From positions 765,984 to 829,983 of the forward strand of contig JAXLRX010000001.1 of assembly GCA_046330855.1 (NCBI GenBank): a stretch of DNA of 64,000 nt, read 5' to 3'. Below are positions 25,550 to 37,456 of this stretch, piece by piece. Source of the stretch: Mycobacterium sp. Its GTDB lineage: Bacteria; Actinomycetota; Actinomycetes; Mycobacteriales; Mycobacteriaceae. The notes under the pieces were generated by a model that ran no database searches, was not told where the DNA came from, and worked only from the letters and a program-made list of their open reading frames with translations. The position numbers and the translations under genes are program-made. Each line of letters begins with the position of its first letter. Position 1 is the first letter of the stretch.

Positions 25550-25653
25550 CGGTTTCTCCTGCGTGAACGGTGAAATGTCACCGTAGAGTGCTCAGGAGGT
25601 TTTCGTCGCCGGTCCGGTGACGGTGGTGATGTTGGCGACGGAGGGAGCCGTGG

Positions 25654-27468
25654 ATGCGCTCGATCGGCCGCAGGATCGCCTGGCTGATCCCACTGTTGCT
25701 CGCGGCGGTCGGACTGCTGTGGCCGCTGGTGCTGTCCGTCGTACCCGCAACCAGCACGACGATGTCCGACCCGGTGACCATCACGTCGTTCAATGCCGAC
25801 TTCGCCGTCGACCGCGACGGCCTCATGCAGGCCACCGAGACCATCACCGCGGATTTCCCCAGCGGGCGCCACGGCATCTTCCGGTACTGGGACGTGGCCA
25901 ACCAGAACGACTCCCACATCCGGCAGGTACCCCACGTGCAGGAGATCTCGCTCGACGGCCGACCGGTCCCGTATGAGTTCCTGTGGAAAAACGGCCGTCG
26001 CTTCCTGGTGGCCAAGATCGGCGACCCGAACAGCTATGTGAACTACGGAAGCCACGTGTACCGGATCCGCTACAGCGTGCCCGGTGTGCTCGATCCCGGA
26101 AGCACCGGGGAGAACCGCAAGTTCGCGTCGACCGTGGGCAGCCCGGCCGGCCCGTCGGTGTTCTTCTGGAACGTCATCGCACCCGGTTGGTCCAATGACA
26201 TTGAGCAGACGGACATTACGGTCCGGCTGCCCGCCGCCGTGCCGGGCGCACAGTGCTCGGTCGGCATGGGTGTGGGCCGGCCCTGCGAGGGGCTCACCGC
26301 CGACGGCGACACGCTGCACATCACGACGGGCGCATTGGCGCCCGGCACCCCGGTCACCGTTCGGGCCGGTGTCGACGTTCCCACCCCCGCCCGCGCGACG
26401 CTGCCGTGGTCCTATCGCTGGGATCCGATCCTCGGCCGCTCGATACCGGTGGCGGCCTGGTTGCTCGGGCTGACCGCGGCCACCGGTCTGGGCGCGTTCC
26501 TTTTCTGGCGCACGACCGTCGAACCCGCCCCCGGTTTTCCGCTGCAATACGCCCCGCCGAAGGGGCTCGGTCCGGTGCAGTGCGAATACATCCGCACCGA
26601 GAAGGTGCCCGAGCAGGGAATCACCGCGACGCTGTTCTATCTCGCCGACCGTGGGTTGCTGTCGCTCAACCAGTCCGACCGCAAGAAATGGGTGGTCCAC
26701 ACCGTCGCGGAAACGGGTGCGTGGGCGGACGTGGACCCGGTCAGCGTCGCGGTCGCCTCGGCATTGGATCTCACCCATCACGGCGCGAGTTTCAACGCGA
26801 ACGGCACCGTCAGCGCGGGCACCAAGCTCAACCGGGCCAAGGCGGACATGGACACCGCCGTCAAGGCGTGGGCGTTCGACGGGGGCCTGATGGTCAAGCG
26901 CAAGGTCGAACTGTGGCTGCGGGTGGCCAACGTGGTGTCACTGGCGCTGGCGATCTGCGGTTTCCTTCGGTTGTTCATCTTCCCGATCACGTTGTGGGGC
27001 TTGCCGTTTGCGGCCTTTTTCCTGCTTTCCCTGCCGGCCTGGAGTCCGGGCGTGGGTATGCGGCGCAGCCCCGCCGGGCGTCAGCTGTGGTCGGAAGCCG
27101 GCGGGTTCCACCGCATGCTCGCCACCGACTCCGCCGAGTCGCGGTTCGACTTCTCCGCCCGCAAGGACCTCTACACCGCCTATATCCCGTTCGCGGTGGC
27201 CGGCGGCGCCGCGGCGGCCTGGGCGGCCAAGTACCGCGCGGCCACCGGTCAGGTGCCACCGGAGCCGGGCTGGTACCACTCGAGCTCGAGCAGCAGCTTC
27301 AGTTCCTCGAGTTCCGGGGGTGCTAACTTCGACAGCTTCGAGTCCGCATTGTCGTCGTCCATCGGCGCCTACACCGCGGCGCAGTCCTCGTCGTCCAGCG
27401 GCGGCGGCGGCGGCTTCAGCGGCGGCGGCGGTGGCGGTGGCGGCGGTGGAGGAGGAGGTTCCTGGTGA
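25654..27468 (+). CDS. DUF2207 family membrane protein
   Basis: Exported domain (HGIFR, FFWNVI), TM helices, Ser/Gly-rich tail ending GGGGSW. Coupled to lemA. Confidence 0.88.
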   Translation: MRSIGRRIAWLIPLLLAAVGLLWPLVLSVVPATSTTMSDPVTITSFNADFAVDRDGLMQATETITADFPSGRHGIFRYWDVANQNDSHIRQVPHVQEISLDGRPVPYEFLWKNGRRFLVAKIGDPNSYVNYGSHVYRIRYSVPGVLDPGSTGENRKFASTVGSPAGPSVFFWNVIAPGWSNDIEQTDITVRLPAAVPGAQCSVGMGVGRPCEGLTADGDTLHITTGALAPGTPVTVRAGVDVPTPARATLPWSYRWDPILGRSIPVAAWLLGLTAATGLGAFLFWRTTVEPAPGFPLQYAPPKGLGPVQCEYIRTEKVPEQGITATLFYLADRGLLSLNQSDRKKWVVHTVAETGAWADVDPVSVAVASALDLTHHGASFNANGTVSAGTKLNRAKADMDTAVKAWAFDGGLMVKRKVELWLRVANVVSLALAICGFLRLFIFPITLWGLPFAAFFLLSLPAWSPGVGMRRSPAGRQLWSEAGGFHRMLATDSAESRFDFSARKDLYTAYIPFAVAGGAAAAWAAKYRAATGQVPPEPGWYHSSSSSSFSSSSSGGANFDSFESALSSSIGAYTAAQSSSSSGGGGGFSGGGGGGGGGGGGGSW

Positions 27469-27998
27469 CCGTTTACCTGGTGATCGCACTGGTGCTCGCG
27501 GTGGCCGTCCTGGTCGGCTTCGTGCTCGGCTACAACAAGCTGCGCAGCGCCGACGTCCGAGCCGACGAGGCGCTCGGCGGCATCGACGTGCAGCTGACCC
27601 GGCGGGCATCCCTGATTCCCAGTCTGGTCAGCACGGTCCAGGGTTTCGCGGCCCACGAGAAGTCGGTGCTCGAACACGTCGCCGACGCCCAGGCCGCGCT
27701 GACGGCCGCCACCGCCGGAAAGTCAGTGGCACAACGCAGTTCAGCGGAGCGCCAGTTCGATTCCGCGGTCGGTCAGGTGCTGGCGCTAGGGCAGACCTAT
27801 CCCCAGCTCAATTCGTCGAACAACTTCCTCAACCTTCAGCAGAACCTCGCCGACACCGAGGACAAGCTGGCCTTCGCCCGGCAGTACTACAACGACGCGG
27901 CGGCGACGGTGAACCGGCTGCGCAGCACGATCCCGTGGATGTTCGTCGCCGGTATGGCCGGCGTAGGGGAGCGCGAGTTCTACCAGGTGCCCAAGTGA
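27465..27998 (+). CDS. lemA: LemA family protein
   Basis: N-terminal [25 protein letters not shown]. Confidence 0.9.
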   Translation: MTVYLVIALVLAVAVLVGFVLGYNKLRSADVRADEALGGIDVQLTRRASLIPSLVSTVQGFAAHEKSVLEHVADAQAALTAATAGKSVAQRSSAERQFDSAVGQVLALGQTYPQLNSSNNFLNLQQNLADTEDKLAFARQYYNDAAATVNRLRSTIPWMFVAGMAGVGEREFYQVPK

Positions 27999-28020
27999 CC
28001 CGCGGGACGACCCGGCGCTG

Positions 28021-28950
28021 ATGCGGATCGTGTTCGCCGGCACCCCGGAGCCGGCTCTGCCGTCGTTGCACCGGCTGATCGCCTCGCCGCGCCATGAGGT
28101 GGTGGCGGTGCTGACCCGGCCTGACGCGGCGGCCGGACGCCGCGGCAAGCCCGCGCCGTCGCCGATCGCGCGGCTGGCACTGGACGCCGGCATTCCGGTG
28201 CTGCGGCCGATCCGGCCCAACTCCCGAGAGTTCGTCGACGAACTCCGCGCGCTGACCCCGGACTGTTGCGCCGTCGTGGCCTACGGCGCGTTGCTCGGCG
28301 AGGAGTTGCTCGCCGTGCCGCGGCGCGGCTGGGTCAATCTGCACTTCTCGCTGCTGCCCGCGTGGCGCGGTGCCGCACCGGTCCAGGCTGCGATCGCCGC
28401 GGGCGACAGCGTGACGGGCGCAACGACATTCCTCATCGAGCCCGCGCTGGACTCCGGCCCGGTGTACGGGGTGCTCACCGAGACCATCCGGCCCGACGAC
28501 ACCGCAGGGGCGTTGCTCGACCGGCTCGCCGACGCCGGGGCAGGACTGCTGGAGACCACGCTCGACGGCATCGCCGACGGCACCCTGACCCCCGTGCCGC
28601 AGCCGCCCGACGGGGTGAGCCTGGCGCCCAAGATCACCGTCGAGCAGGCCCGCATCCGCTGGGACCTGCCCGCTCACGCCGTCGACCGCCGCATCCGCGC
28701 CGTGACGCCCGCTCCCGGCGCCTGGACCATGGTGGGTGACCTGCGGGTCAAGGTCGGACCCGTCACCGTCGACCCCGATGCGGAACCGTTGCCGCCGGGA
28801 CAGTTCGCCGTCGAACGCGCCGGCGTCCGGGTGGGCACCGCCACCCAGCCGGTGCTGCTCGGCCAGGTGCAGCCGCCCGGCAAGAGGCCGATGGCCGCCC
28901 TGGACTGGACGCGCGGAGCCCGGCTGGGCGATCAGGTGCGGGCGTCGTGA
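28021..28950 (+). CDS. fmt: Methionyl-tRNA formyltransferase
   Basis: [21 protein letters not shown]. Confidence 0.96.
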   Translation: MRIVFAGTPEPALPSLHRLIASPRHEVVAVLTRPDAAAGRRGKPAPSPIARLALDAGIPVLRPIRPNSREFVDELRALTPDCCAVVAYGALLGEELLAVPRRGWVNLHFSLLPAWRGAAPVQAAIAAGDSVTGATTFLIEPALDSGPVYGVLTETIRPDDTAGALLDRLADAGAGLLETTLDGIADGTLTPVPQPPDGVSLAPKITVEQARIRWDLPAHAVDRRIRAVTPAPGAWTMVGDLRVKVGPVTVDPDAEPLPPGQFAVERAGVRVGTATQPVLLGQVQPPGKRPMAALDWTRGARLGDQVRAS

Positions 28951-30386
28951 ACCAGCGTGGGGACCGGGCGCCACGCCGGCCCCGAGGGGACCAACCACAA
29001 CGCGGCGACCGCCCGGCCGCGCCACGGCGCCGGCCGCGCCGGACCGAGCTCGACCCGGCCCGCCGCGCCGCCTTCGACGTCCTGCGCGCCGTCACCGACC
29101 GCGACGCGTACGCCAATCTCGCGCTGCCCGCGCTGCTGGCCGAACGCGGGATCACCGGCCGCGACGCCGCCTTCGCCACCGAACTCACTTACGGCACCTG
29201 CCGCACCCGCGGCCTGCTTGACGTGGTGATCGCCGCCGCCGCCGGTCGCCCGGTGGATCAGATCGACCCGGTGCTGCTCGACCTGTTGCGGCTCGGGGCC
29301 TACCAGCTGCTGCGTACCAACGTCGCCGAACACGCAGCGGTGTCCACCACGGTGGAACAGGCCGGCCTCGAATTCGACTCGGCCCGAGCAGGATTCGTCA
29401 ACGCGGTGCTACGGAAGATCTCTGCCCGCGACGAATCGGCCTGGCTGGCCGAACTGGCGCCGCCGGCTGACCAGGACCCGATCGGCCATGCGGCCCTGGT
29501 GCACGCCCACCCGCGTTGGATCGCCCAGGCCTTCGCCGACTCACTGGGCGCCGAGGCCGGTGAACTCGACGCCGCACTGGCCGCCGACGACGCCCGCCCG
29601 GCGGTCCACCTGGCAGCCCGGCCCGGCGTGCTCAGCGCCGCCGCACTTGCCGAGGCCGTCGACGGCGAGGTCGGGCGCTACTCGCCGTATGCCGTCTACC
29701 TCGGCGGCGGCGACCCGGGGCGGCTCGAACCGATCCGCGACGGCAAGGCTCTGGTGCAGGACGAAGGCAGCCAACTGGTGGCCCGTGCGCTGACCCTGGC
29801 GCCGCTGATCGGCGAGGACGGCGGCCGCTGGCTGGACCTGTGCGCCGGACCGGGTGGCAAGACGGCACTGCTGGCCGCGATCGGCGCCCAGGAGGGCGCC
29901 ATCGTCACCGCGGTGGAACCCAATGAACGGCGCGCCGAACTCGTCGAACAGAACACCCGGGGGCTGCCTGTCGAGGTGCTTCGGGCCGACGGCCGCGAAA
30001 CCGGACTTCCCGCAAAGGGTTTCGACCGCGTGCTGGTCGACGCCCCCTGCACGGGGCTGGGAGCACTGCGCCGCCGCCCGGAGGCGCGCTGGAGGCGCAG
30101 CCCGGGGGACGTCGCCCCGCTGGCGAAGCTGCAACGCGAACTGCTGGCCGCCGCGATCCGGCTGACCCGCCCCGGCGGGGTGGTGCTGTACGCGACCTGT
30201 TCGCCGCATCTGGCCGAGACCGTCGGCGTCGTGGCCGACGCGCTCCGCCGCCAACCGGTGACCGCGCTGGACACCCGCGGGTTGTTCGCCCCGGCCGGTG
30301 ACCTCGGCGCCGGGCCGCACGTCCAGTTGTGGCCGCACCGCCAGGGCACCGACGCGATGTTTGCCGCCGCGCTTCGCAAGAACTGA
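28947..30386 (+). CDS. rsmB: 16S rRNA m5C967 methyltransferase (Fmu/RsmB)
   Basis: NusB-like N-terminal domain, [28 protein letters not shown]. Confidence 0.93.
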   Translation: MNQRGDRAPRRPRGDQPQRGDRPAAPRRRPRRTELDPARRAAFDVLRAVTDRDAYANLALPALLAERGITGRDAAFATELTYGTCRTRGLLDVVIAAAAGRPVDQIDPVLLDLLRLGAYQLLRTNVAEHAAVSTTVEQAGLEFDSARAGFVNAVLRKISARDESAWLAELAPPADQDPIGHAALVHAHPRWIAQAFADSLGAEAGELDAALAADDARPAVHLAARPGVLSAAALAEAVDGEVGRYSPYAVYLGGGDPGRLEPIRDGKALVQDEGSQLVARALTLAPLIGEDGGRWLDLCAGPGGKTALLAAIGAQEGAIVTAVEPNERRAELVEQNTRGLPVEVLRADGRETGLPAKGFDRVLVDAPCTGLGALRRRPEARWRRSPGDVAPLAKLQRELLAAAIRLTRPGGVVLYATCSPHLAETVGVVADALRRQPVTALDTRGLFAPAGDLGAGPHVQLWPHRQGTDAMFAAALRKN

Positions 30387-30456
30387 ACGCGATCTCCTCC
30401 CGGCCGGCTGAACGGGCGGGAATGGGAGCGTGTGGTCAGGGCATAAAGTGTCAGCC

Positions 30457-31139
30457 ATGCCGACACCGACCAGGCCGATGATCGCCCCGTCGATCCTGTC
30501 CGCCGACTTCGCGCGGCTGGCCAGCGAAGCCGCCGCCGTCGAGGGCGCCGACTGGCTGCATGTCGACGTGATGGACGCCCACTTCGTGCCCAACCTGACC
30601 CTCGGCCTGCCGGTGGTGGAGAGCCTGCTCCGGGCCACCGACATCCCGATGGACTGCCATCTGATGATCGAGAACCCGGACCGCTGGGCGCCGGGCTACG
30701 CCGAAGCCGGCGCCCACAACGTCACGTTCCACGCCGAGGCCACCGACAATCCTGTCGCGGTGGCCCGCGATATCCGCGCCGCGGGCGCCAAAGCCGGACT
30801 GTCCGTCAAACCCGGCACCCCGCTGGAGCCGTATCTGGAGATCCTGCGCGACTTCGACACCCTGCTGGTGATGTCGGTCGAACCGGGGTTCGGAGGCCAG
30901 AGCTTCATCCCCGAGGTGCTCGACAAGGTGGCCAAGGCACGCAAACTCGTCGACTCCGGGGAGCTGAAGATCCTGATCGAGATCGACGGCGGCATCAACG
31001 CCGACACCATCGAGCAGGCCGCCGAGGCCGGCGTGGACTGCTTCGTGGCCGGGTCGGCGGTCTACGGCGCCGGTGACCCCGCGGCCGCCGTCGAGGCGCT
31101 GCGACGGCAGGCCGGCAGCGCCTCGCCGCACCTGCGGCT

Positions 31140-31143
<4 letters not shown>
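30457..31143 (+). CDS. rpe: Ribulose-phosphate 3-epimerase
   Basis: [33 protein letters not shown] lies 7 nt before ATG 30457. Confidence 0.96.
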
Positions 31144-32156
<1,013 letters not shown>

Positions 32157-32207
32157 CTGTCGCGCTCGTCATCGCGGCTGTCGCCGCTTGATCCTCGCCC
32201 GACCGAA

Positions 32208-33203
32208 CTAGGACTCCCGCCCCAGCGACTTGTGCTCGATGAGGTCGCGGGATCCGCCGGCCCCGAGCATCTCGCGGAAGGCCTGAACCGTGTAGCCGAC
32301 GACGGTCGCGTCGGTGCCCGCCCGCGCGGTCGCGGTGCGGGGGAGTGCGAACAACGGGCCCATCTCGCCGAAGTAGTCGCCGGGCTGGGCGACCTTGACG
32401 ATTTCCTCTTGGCCGCTTGCCAATTCACGCACCAGTTCGACTTCGCCCTCGGCCACGATGTAGATCGAATCACCCATGGTGCCCTGCTCGAAGAGCACCT
32501 CACCGGCTTCCAGAGTGACCGTTTCCGGCTCGTGGTTGGTCGCCGACATGTGGGGGACCAGTTCGACGACCCGGTCGGCCAGCGGCAGCATCCGGGTGTC
32601 GTGGGTGGCCACCACGACGACCCGCTCGCCGGATGCCAGTTCCCGGATCAGCCGCAGCACCTCCTCGACCTGGATGTAGTCGAGGTGGGCCGTCGGCTCG
32701 TCGGCGATGAGCAGTGGTGGGTCCAGTGCGATGGCACGGGCGACCGCCACCCGCTGCTGCTGACCGCCGCTGAGATCACCGGGACGGTGGTGCATCCGCT
32801 CGGCAAGACCGACCCGCGTCAAGAGCTCCACAGCCCGGTCGTGGGCCTTCCGGCGCGGCCACCGGGCTGCCCGCAGTGGGACCTCCACGTTCTCGATCGC
32901 GGTGAGGCTGGGCACCAGATTGAAAGCCTGGAAGACGATCCCCACGGTGTTGCGCCGGTACTCCGACAGTTCCTTGGCGTCCAGGGTGGTCAGGTCGATG
33001 TCGCCGAACTCGATGCGCCCTTTGGTCGGCTTGAGGATGCCGCCGAGGCAGGACAGCAGAGTCGTCTTGCCACATCCGCTGGGGCCCAACAGGATTGCCA
33101 GCGATCCCTGTGTGACGTCCAGGTTGAGGCCGTCGATGGGCCGCACGGTTTCCTGGCCACTGGCGTATTCGACGACCAGGTCCTTGATCCGCAGGTCGGC
33201 CAC
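32208..33203 (-). CDS. ABC transporter ATPase with C-terminal cyclic-nucleotide-binding domain (Rv0073/Rv2564-like)
   Basis: GPSGCGKT, LSGGQQQR, ADEPT, plus cNMP motif FGEMG..PRTATA. GTG start at 33203. Confidence 0.9.
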   Translation of the reverse strand: MADLRIKDLVVEYASGQETVRPIDGLNLDVTQGSLAILLGPSGCGKTTLLSCLGGILKPTKGRIEFGDIDLTTLDAKELSEYRRNTVGIVFQAFNLVPSLTAIENVEVPLRAARWPRRKAHDRAVELLTRVGLAERMHHRPGDLSGGQQQRVAVARAIALDPPLLIADEPTAHLDYIQVEEVLRLIRELASGERVVVVATHDTRMLPLADRVVELVPHMSATNHEPETVTLEAGEVLFEQGTMGDSIYIVAEGEVELVRELASGQEEIVKVAQPGDYFGEMGPLFALPRTATARAGTDATVVGYTVQAFREMLGAGGSRDLIEHKSLGRES

Positions 33204-33204
33204 G

Positions 33205-34242
33205 TCAGGGTCCTCCGAAGGCGAGGGCCGGGTCGACGACGACGGCGCGTCGCAATCCGGCGAGGCTGGCGAGAACCCCGATGGTAACCGCGACCACCGG
33301 AAGCAGCACGAATGCGATCGTCGGAATGTCGACCCGCATCGGGAACAGCGGCCCGAGCAGCACCGACAGCACACCGCCCAGCAGGGCCGCCAGCACGGCG
33401 ACGATGATCGCCTGCATGGCCAAACCGGCCAGGATCGAGCGGGTCGGGACGCCGACCGCCTTGAACACCGCGAAGTCGCGGGTGCGCTCCAGAGCCGACA
33501 TGTAGATCATCGAGCCCACGATCATCCCGGCCACGACCCACAGCAGGCCGGCCATCAGGCTCATCGCCTGGCGGGCCCCCGTGAGCGCGCGCAGCAGGTC
33601 ATCGATGGCGCCGGACCGGTTCACCAGGTGAAACCCGCTGGGCGGGCGCTGCGGGCCGCCGATCACGCCGATCGAGGAGATCAGCGACTGCCCGGAGAAC
33701 AGCAGCTTCTGGGCGCCGCTGACGGTCAGGAACACGTTGGCCTGCCCGGCCAGTGCGGTCGAGTCATGCACCAGGCCGACGATCTGCAGGTTGCGACCGC
33801 CCACCTCCACGGTGGTTCCGATGGGCTTCTTCATGGTGTCCGACACCGCGGCCTCATGGGCTTCCGAGGGCGGGCGGCCCTCCTTCATCGCCGGCATGCC
33901 GGGCCCCTGCTCGGGCGCCCCGAAGACGTTGACACTACGGGCGGTGCCGCCGATGGGTGTGGTGGCGCTGCCGTACACCAGCGGCACGGCCACCGTGACG
34001 CCCGGGACCTGAAGTTTGGTGGCCGGGAACGCCGACGAGCCCAGGAACGGCCCGGTGGCCCCGGTCTTGACCAGGAAGGCGTCGACACCGAGTGAGTCGA
34101 CGGTTCGGGTCGCCTCCACCCGGAAGCCGTTGGCCAGTCCGGTGAGTACCAGCGTCATCGCGAACACCAGACCGGTGCCGACGATCGCGATGACGAAACG
34201 GCGCTTGCGCCACTGCAGGTCGCGCAGCGCCGCGGTCAGCAC
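33205..34242 (-). CDS. ABC transporter permease, FtsX-like (Rv0072/Rv2563-like)
   Basis: AALRDLQWRKRR, one N-terminal TM plus three C-terminal TMs, ERTRDFAVFKAVG. Confidence 0.88.
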   Translation of the reverse strand: MLTAALRDLQWRKRRFVIAIVGTGLVFAMTLVLTGLANGFRVEATRTVDSLGVDAFLVKTGATGPFLGSSAFPATKLQVPGVTVAVPLVYGSATTPIGGTARSVNVFGAPEQGPGMPAMKEGRPPSEAHEAAVSDTMKKPIGTTVEVGGRNLQIVGLVHDSTALAGQANVFLTVSGAQKLLFSGQSLISSIGVIGGPQRPPSGFHLVNRSGAIDDLLRALTGARQAMSLMAGLLWVVAGMIVGSMIYMSALERTRDFAVFKAVGVPTRSILAGLAMQAIIVAVLAALLGGVLSVLLGPLFPMRVDIPTIAFVLLPVVAVTIGVLASLAGLRRAVVVDPALAFGGP

Positions 34243-34321
34243 GTCGTCCCCAGCATGGGGGCGAGGTTACCGACCCGCGGCGCTATGCGACGAATGCTTC
34301 GCCCAATTCCGCGCAGAACGG

Positions 34322-35704
34322 TCAGCCTTCGCGGGTGATGGGGTGCGTCTCACCCATGTTCACGGTGAGCGGACGACGGAAGAACCGGGTGATCAACAGC
34401 AGCACGCCGATGCCGATGCAGAACCAGATGATTCCGTACTTGGTGGAGTCCTCCGACAGGTGCACCCAGAGCAGGACGGTGAGCCCCACGCCGATCAACG
34501 GCAGCACGATGTTGCGGAAGATCTGCACGGCACCACGGATCTCGCGACGGCGCCAGGCGAAGTACGCGATCACCGTCAGGTTGACGAAGGTGAACGCGAT
34601 CAGGGCGCCGAAGTTGATGAGCGAGGCCACGAAGTCCAGGTTGAGCGGGATGGCGCCGAGGGAGACCACGCCCACGAAGATGATCGCGTAGGCGGGGGTC
34701 TGGAAGCTGGGGTGAAGGTAGCCGAAGAACCGTCCGACCGGGCCGCGACCGTTGCGGCCCATGACGTAGAGCAGCCGCGACACCGAGGCGTGCGAGGCCA
34801 GGCTCGACGCCATGGTGGCGGCGAACGCCGCCGAGGTGAGCAGGATCTTGAACAGGTGCCCACCCACCATGAGCGCGATCTGGGGCAGCGCGCTGTTCTC
34901 CAGTGACTCCTCGTTGAAGTCGGAAACGTCCGGGAACAGCGACTGGGTGAACCAGGCCGACACCAGGAAGATCGCGCCGCCGATGAGCAGTGCCAGCACG
35001 ATGGCCTTCGGCACCGTGGAGGCGTCCTTGGCCTCCTCGGTGTACATGGTGATGGCGTCGAAACCGATGAAGGAGAACGCGACGATCGTGGCCCCGGTGA
35101 TGACGAGGGTGGAATGGACACCTTCGTGCCAGGCCGGCGTGGTGGAGAAGACGGTGCCGTTGCCCATCCCGCCCATCAGGGACTTGGCGGCCAGGATCAG
35201 GAACACGGCGATCAGCACGACCTCGAAGACCACCAGCAGCATGTTCACCCGCGAGGTGTTGGTCATGCTGAACAGGCACATGCCGGTGATGGCGGCGACG
35301 TAGACGATCACCCACAGCCACTGCGGCGCCTCGGGGAAGAACGAATACATGTAACTGCGGATGATCAGTGCGTTGACCAGGGGTAGCAGCAGGTAGTCCA
35401 GCAGCGCCGCCCAGCCGATCAGGAACCCGAGGTTGGGGCTGATGGTCTCCGAGGTGTAGGTGTACGCCGACCCGGCCGACGGGAACACCTGCGTCATCCG
35501 GCCGTAGCTGATGGCGGTGAACACCATGACCACCAGCGCGAGCGCATAGGCGGTCGGAACCACGCCCCCGGTCTCGTTGGAGACGATGCCGAAGGTGTCG
35601 AACACCACCGTCGGCGTCATGTAGCCCAGGCCGAGCCCGACGATCGCCCACAGGCCGAGCGTCCTGGCCAGTTGGGTGTTGTCCGTCGAGGACACCTGCG
35701 TCAT
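34322..35704 (-). CDS. APC family permease (PuuP/PlaP-like amine or amino acid importer)
   Basis: GLGYMTP, AGSAYTY, FSFIGFDAIT, about 12 TMs. GAGGA SD upstream. Confidence 0.88.
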   Translation of the reverse strand: MTQVSSTDNTQLARTLGLWAIVGLGLGYMTPTVVFDTFGIVSNETGGVVPTAYALALVVMVFTAISYGRMTQVFPSAGSAYTYTSETISPNLGFLIGWAALLDYLLLPLVNALIIRSYMYSFFPEAPQWLWVIVYVAAITGMCLFSMTNTSRVNMLLVVFEVVLIAVFLILAAKSLMGGMGNGTVFSTTPAWHEGVHSTLVITGATIVAFSFIGFDAITMYTEEAKDASTVPKAIVLALLIGGAIFLVSAWFTQSLFPDVSDFNEESLENSALPQIALMVGGHLFKILLTSAAFAATMASSLASHASVSRLLYVMGRNGRGPVGRFFGYLHPSFQTPAYAIIFVGVVSLGAIPLNLDFVASLINFGALIAFTFVNLTVIAYFAWRRREIRGAVQIFRNIVLPLIGVGLTVLLWVHLSEDSTKYGIIWFCIGIGVLLLITRFFRRPLTVNMGETHPITREG

Positions 35705-35873
35705 CTCGGTCCCGCCATTCCTCAAGCCTCCCAAATCCTCTTCCGGTGGCTTACCACAGACGGGGTGTTCCCCGGCGCTGAATGTCGGCACCGTCACGTA
35801 AAACCGACGGTCTTTCTGAACAGCCTCGCAGAGCGCCTTCGGCAGGGGACCAGCCGTGTTAGCGTCCTCAACC

Positions 35874-36734
35874 ATGCGGTATGTCGTCGGTTTCGGACCC
35901 CGCCAGCGCGGTGTCCACGGGGTCAATCTTGCGGCGACGCTCGCCCGGTCCTCGGGTGCGACGCTCGATCTGGTGTCGGTGTTGCCCAGTGCCGCACCGA
36001 CTTTCCACATGTACTCACCAGACCACGCATTCAACGCCGAAATCGAGGATCAGGGCCGCGAGTGGCTCGAGGACGGGCTGGCCCACATTCCCGAGGACGT
36101 GCGGGCGGAAGGCCATCTGCGCCATGCGGATTCGATTACCCAGGGCTTGCTCGACGCCGCCACCGACCCCGACCGCGGCGAGGCGGGGATGATCGTCGTC
36201 GGCACCCATCACCGGGTCCGGGCCGGGAAGTTCCGGCTGGGCAGCCTGGCCGACGCCCTGCTGCACGCCTCGCCGGTGCCGGTGGCGCTCGCCCCGGCGA
36301 ACTACCAGTACCACCCCGGCGTCACCCGGCTCACCTGCGCGACCGGGATGGGCCCCGGCGCCGAGGATCTGCTGCGCAACGCGATCCGCCTGGCGGCCGA
36401 GTGGAAGGTGCCGCTGCGGCTGATGTCCCTGGTGGCCGTCGGCGAAGGACCCGAGGATCAGCGCGCGGAGTGGACCGAGAAGGCCGAACGGCACGCGGCG
36501 ACTCTTGTCGGCACGGCCAGCGCGGCACTTCCGGCGGAATGCCCGGTGAGTAGCGTTGTGGGCCATGGCAAGTCGCTGCAGAAGGCGGTGGCGGGCCTGG
36601 ACTTCGCCGACAGCGAAGTGGTGCTGATCGGCTCCAGTCGTCTGGCGCAGCCGAAGCGGCTCTTCATCGGACATTCGGCGAGCAAGATCATGCGGGCGCT
36701 GCCGGTGCCGATGATCGTGTGGCCGCGGGACTGA
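35874..36734 (+). CDS. Universal stress protein (tandem USP domains)
   Basis: YVVGF, IVVG...LGSLADALLH, IGSS...IGHSASKIMR..PVP. Confidence 0.88.
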   Translation: MRYVVGFGPRQRGVHGVNLAATLARSSGATLDLVSVLPSAAPTFHMYSPDHAFNAEIEDQGREWLEDGLAHIPEDVRAEGHLRHADSITQGLLDAATDPDRGEAGMIVVGTHHRVRAGKFRLGSLADALLHASPVPVALAPANYQYHPGVTRLTCATGMGPGAEDLLRNAIRLAAEWKVPLRLMSLVAVGEGPEDQRAEWTEKAERHAATLVGTASAALPAECPVSSVVGHGKSLQKAVAGLDFADSEVVLIGSSRLAQPKRLFIGHSASKIMRALPVPMIVWPRD

Positions 36735-36763
36735 GCCGCGCAGCCGGCTCGTAGGCTCGGCCG

Positions 36764-37456
36764 ATGACCGCGCCCGTCGACATCGCCGCCGCCTACGCCT
36801 GGCCGGATGGACCGTGGACGCGGGCGATGATGCTGACCACCCTCAACGGTGCCATCGCCGGCGCCGACGGTCTCAGCGGGTCGATCTCCAGTCCCACCGA
36901 TCGACTGATCTTCGCCGAGACGCGCCGCCTGGCGGACGCGATCCTCGTGGGCGCGGGCACGATTCGCGCCGAACGCTACAACCCCATGCGGGCGACGCCC
37001 GAGCATCAGCAGGCGCGGGCCGCCGCCGGGCTGCAACCGGCTCCGGTCGTCGCAATCGTCAGCCGTAGTCTGGACCTGCCCTGGCAGGACGGGCTTTTCC
37101 ACGAGTCCTGGCAACAGCCGATCGTGCTGACCGACCGCCACGATCCGGCCAGCCCGGCGCTGCGTCAGGCGCGGGCCAACGCCGATGTGATCGAGGTGCC
37201 CGGCGTCGACGCGGCCGCGATGATCACTGCGCTGCGCGACCGTGGCTTGAATCGCATCGTCTGCGAGGGCGGCCCGGCGCTGCTGACCCACCTCGTCGAG
37301 GCCGATCTGATCGATGAGTACGCCATCACCGTCGCTCCCGTGCTGTCGGGCAGGGGTTACGGGATCGTCGACGGACCGTTGGCCGCCACCAAGCGGCTGC
37401 AGCTGGCGCAGGTGATCTCAGCGGAGGGGTTCATCTTCACCAGATACCTGCGGTGA
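36764..37456 (+). CDS. RibD C-terminal/dihydrofolate reductase-like protein (Rv2671-like)
   Basis: [27 protein letters not shown] lies 6 nt before ATG. Confidence 0.85.
   Translation: MTAPVDIAAAYAWPDGPWTRAMMLTTLNGAIAGADGLSGSISSPTDRLIFAETRRLADAILVGAGTIRAERYNPMRATPEHQQARAAAGLQPAPVVAIVSRSLDLPWQDGLFHESWQQPIVLTDRHDPASPALRQARANADVIEVPGVDAAAMITALRDRGLNRIVCEGGPALLTHLVEADLIDEYAITVAPVLSGRGYGIVDGPLAATKRLQLAQVISAEGFIFTRYLR

Noticed and set aside
27280-27465. Poly-Ser/Gly GGC repeat tract
   Set aside because: Normal C-terminus of DUF2207 proteins.
28947-29400. NusB-like domain in RsmB as a second fusion
   Set aside because: This is the standard Fmu/RsmB architecture.
35780-35860. GlnR- or DosR-like sites between the APC permease and USP
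   Set aside because: Only half-sites (GTCAC, GGGGAC) match. Too weak to call.
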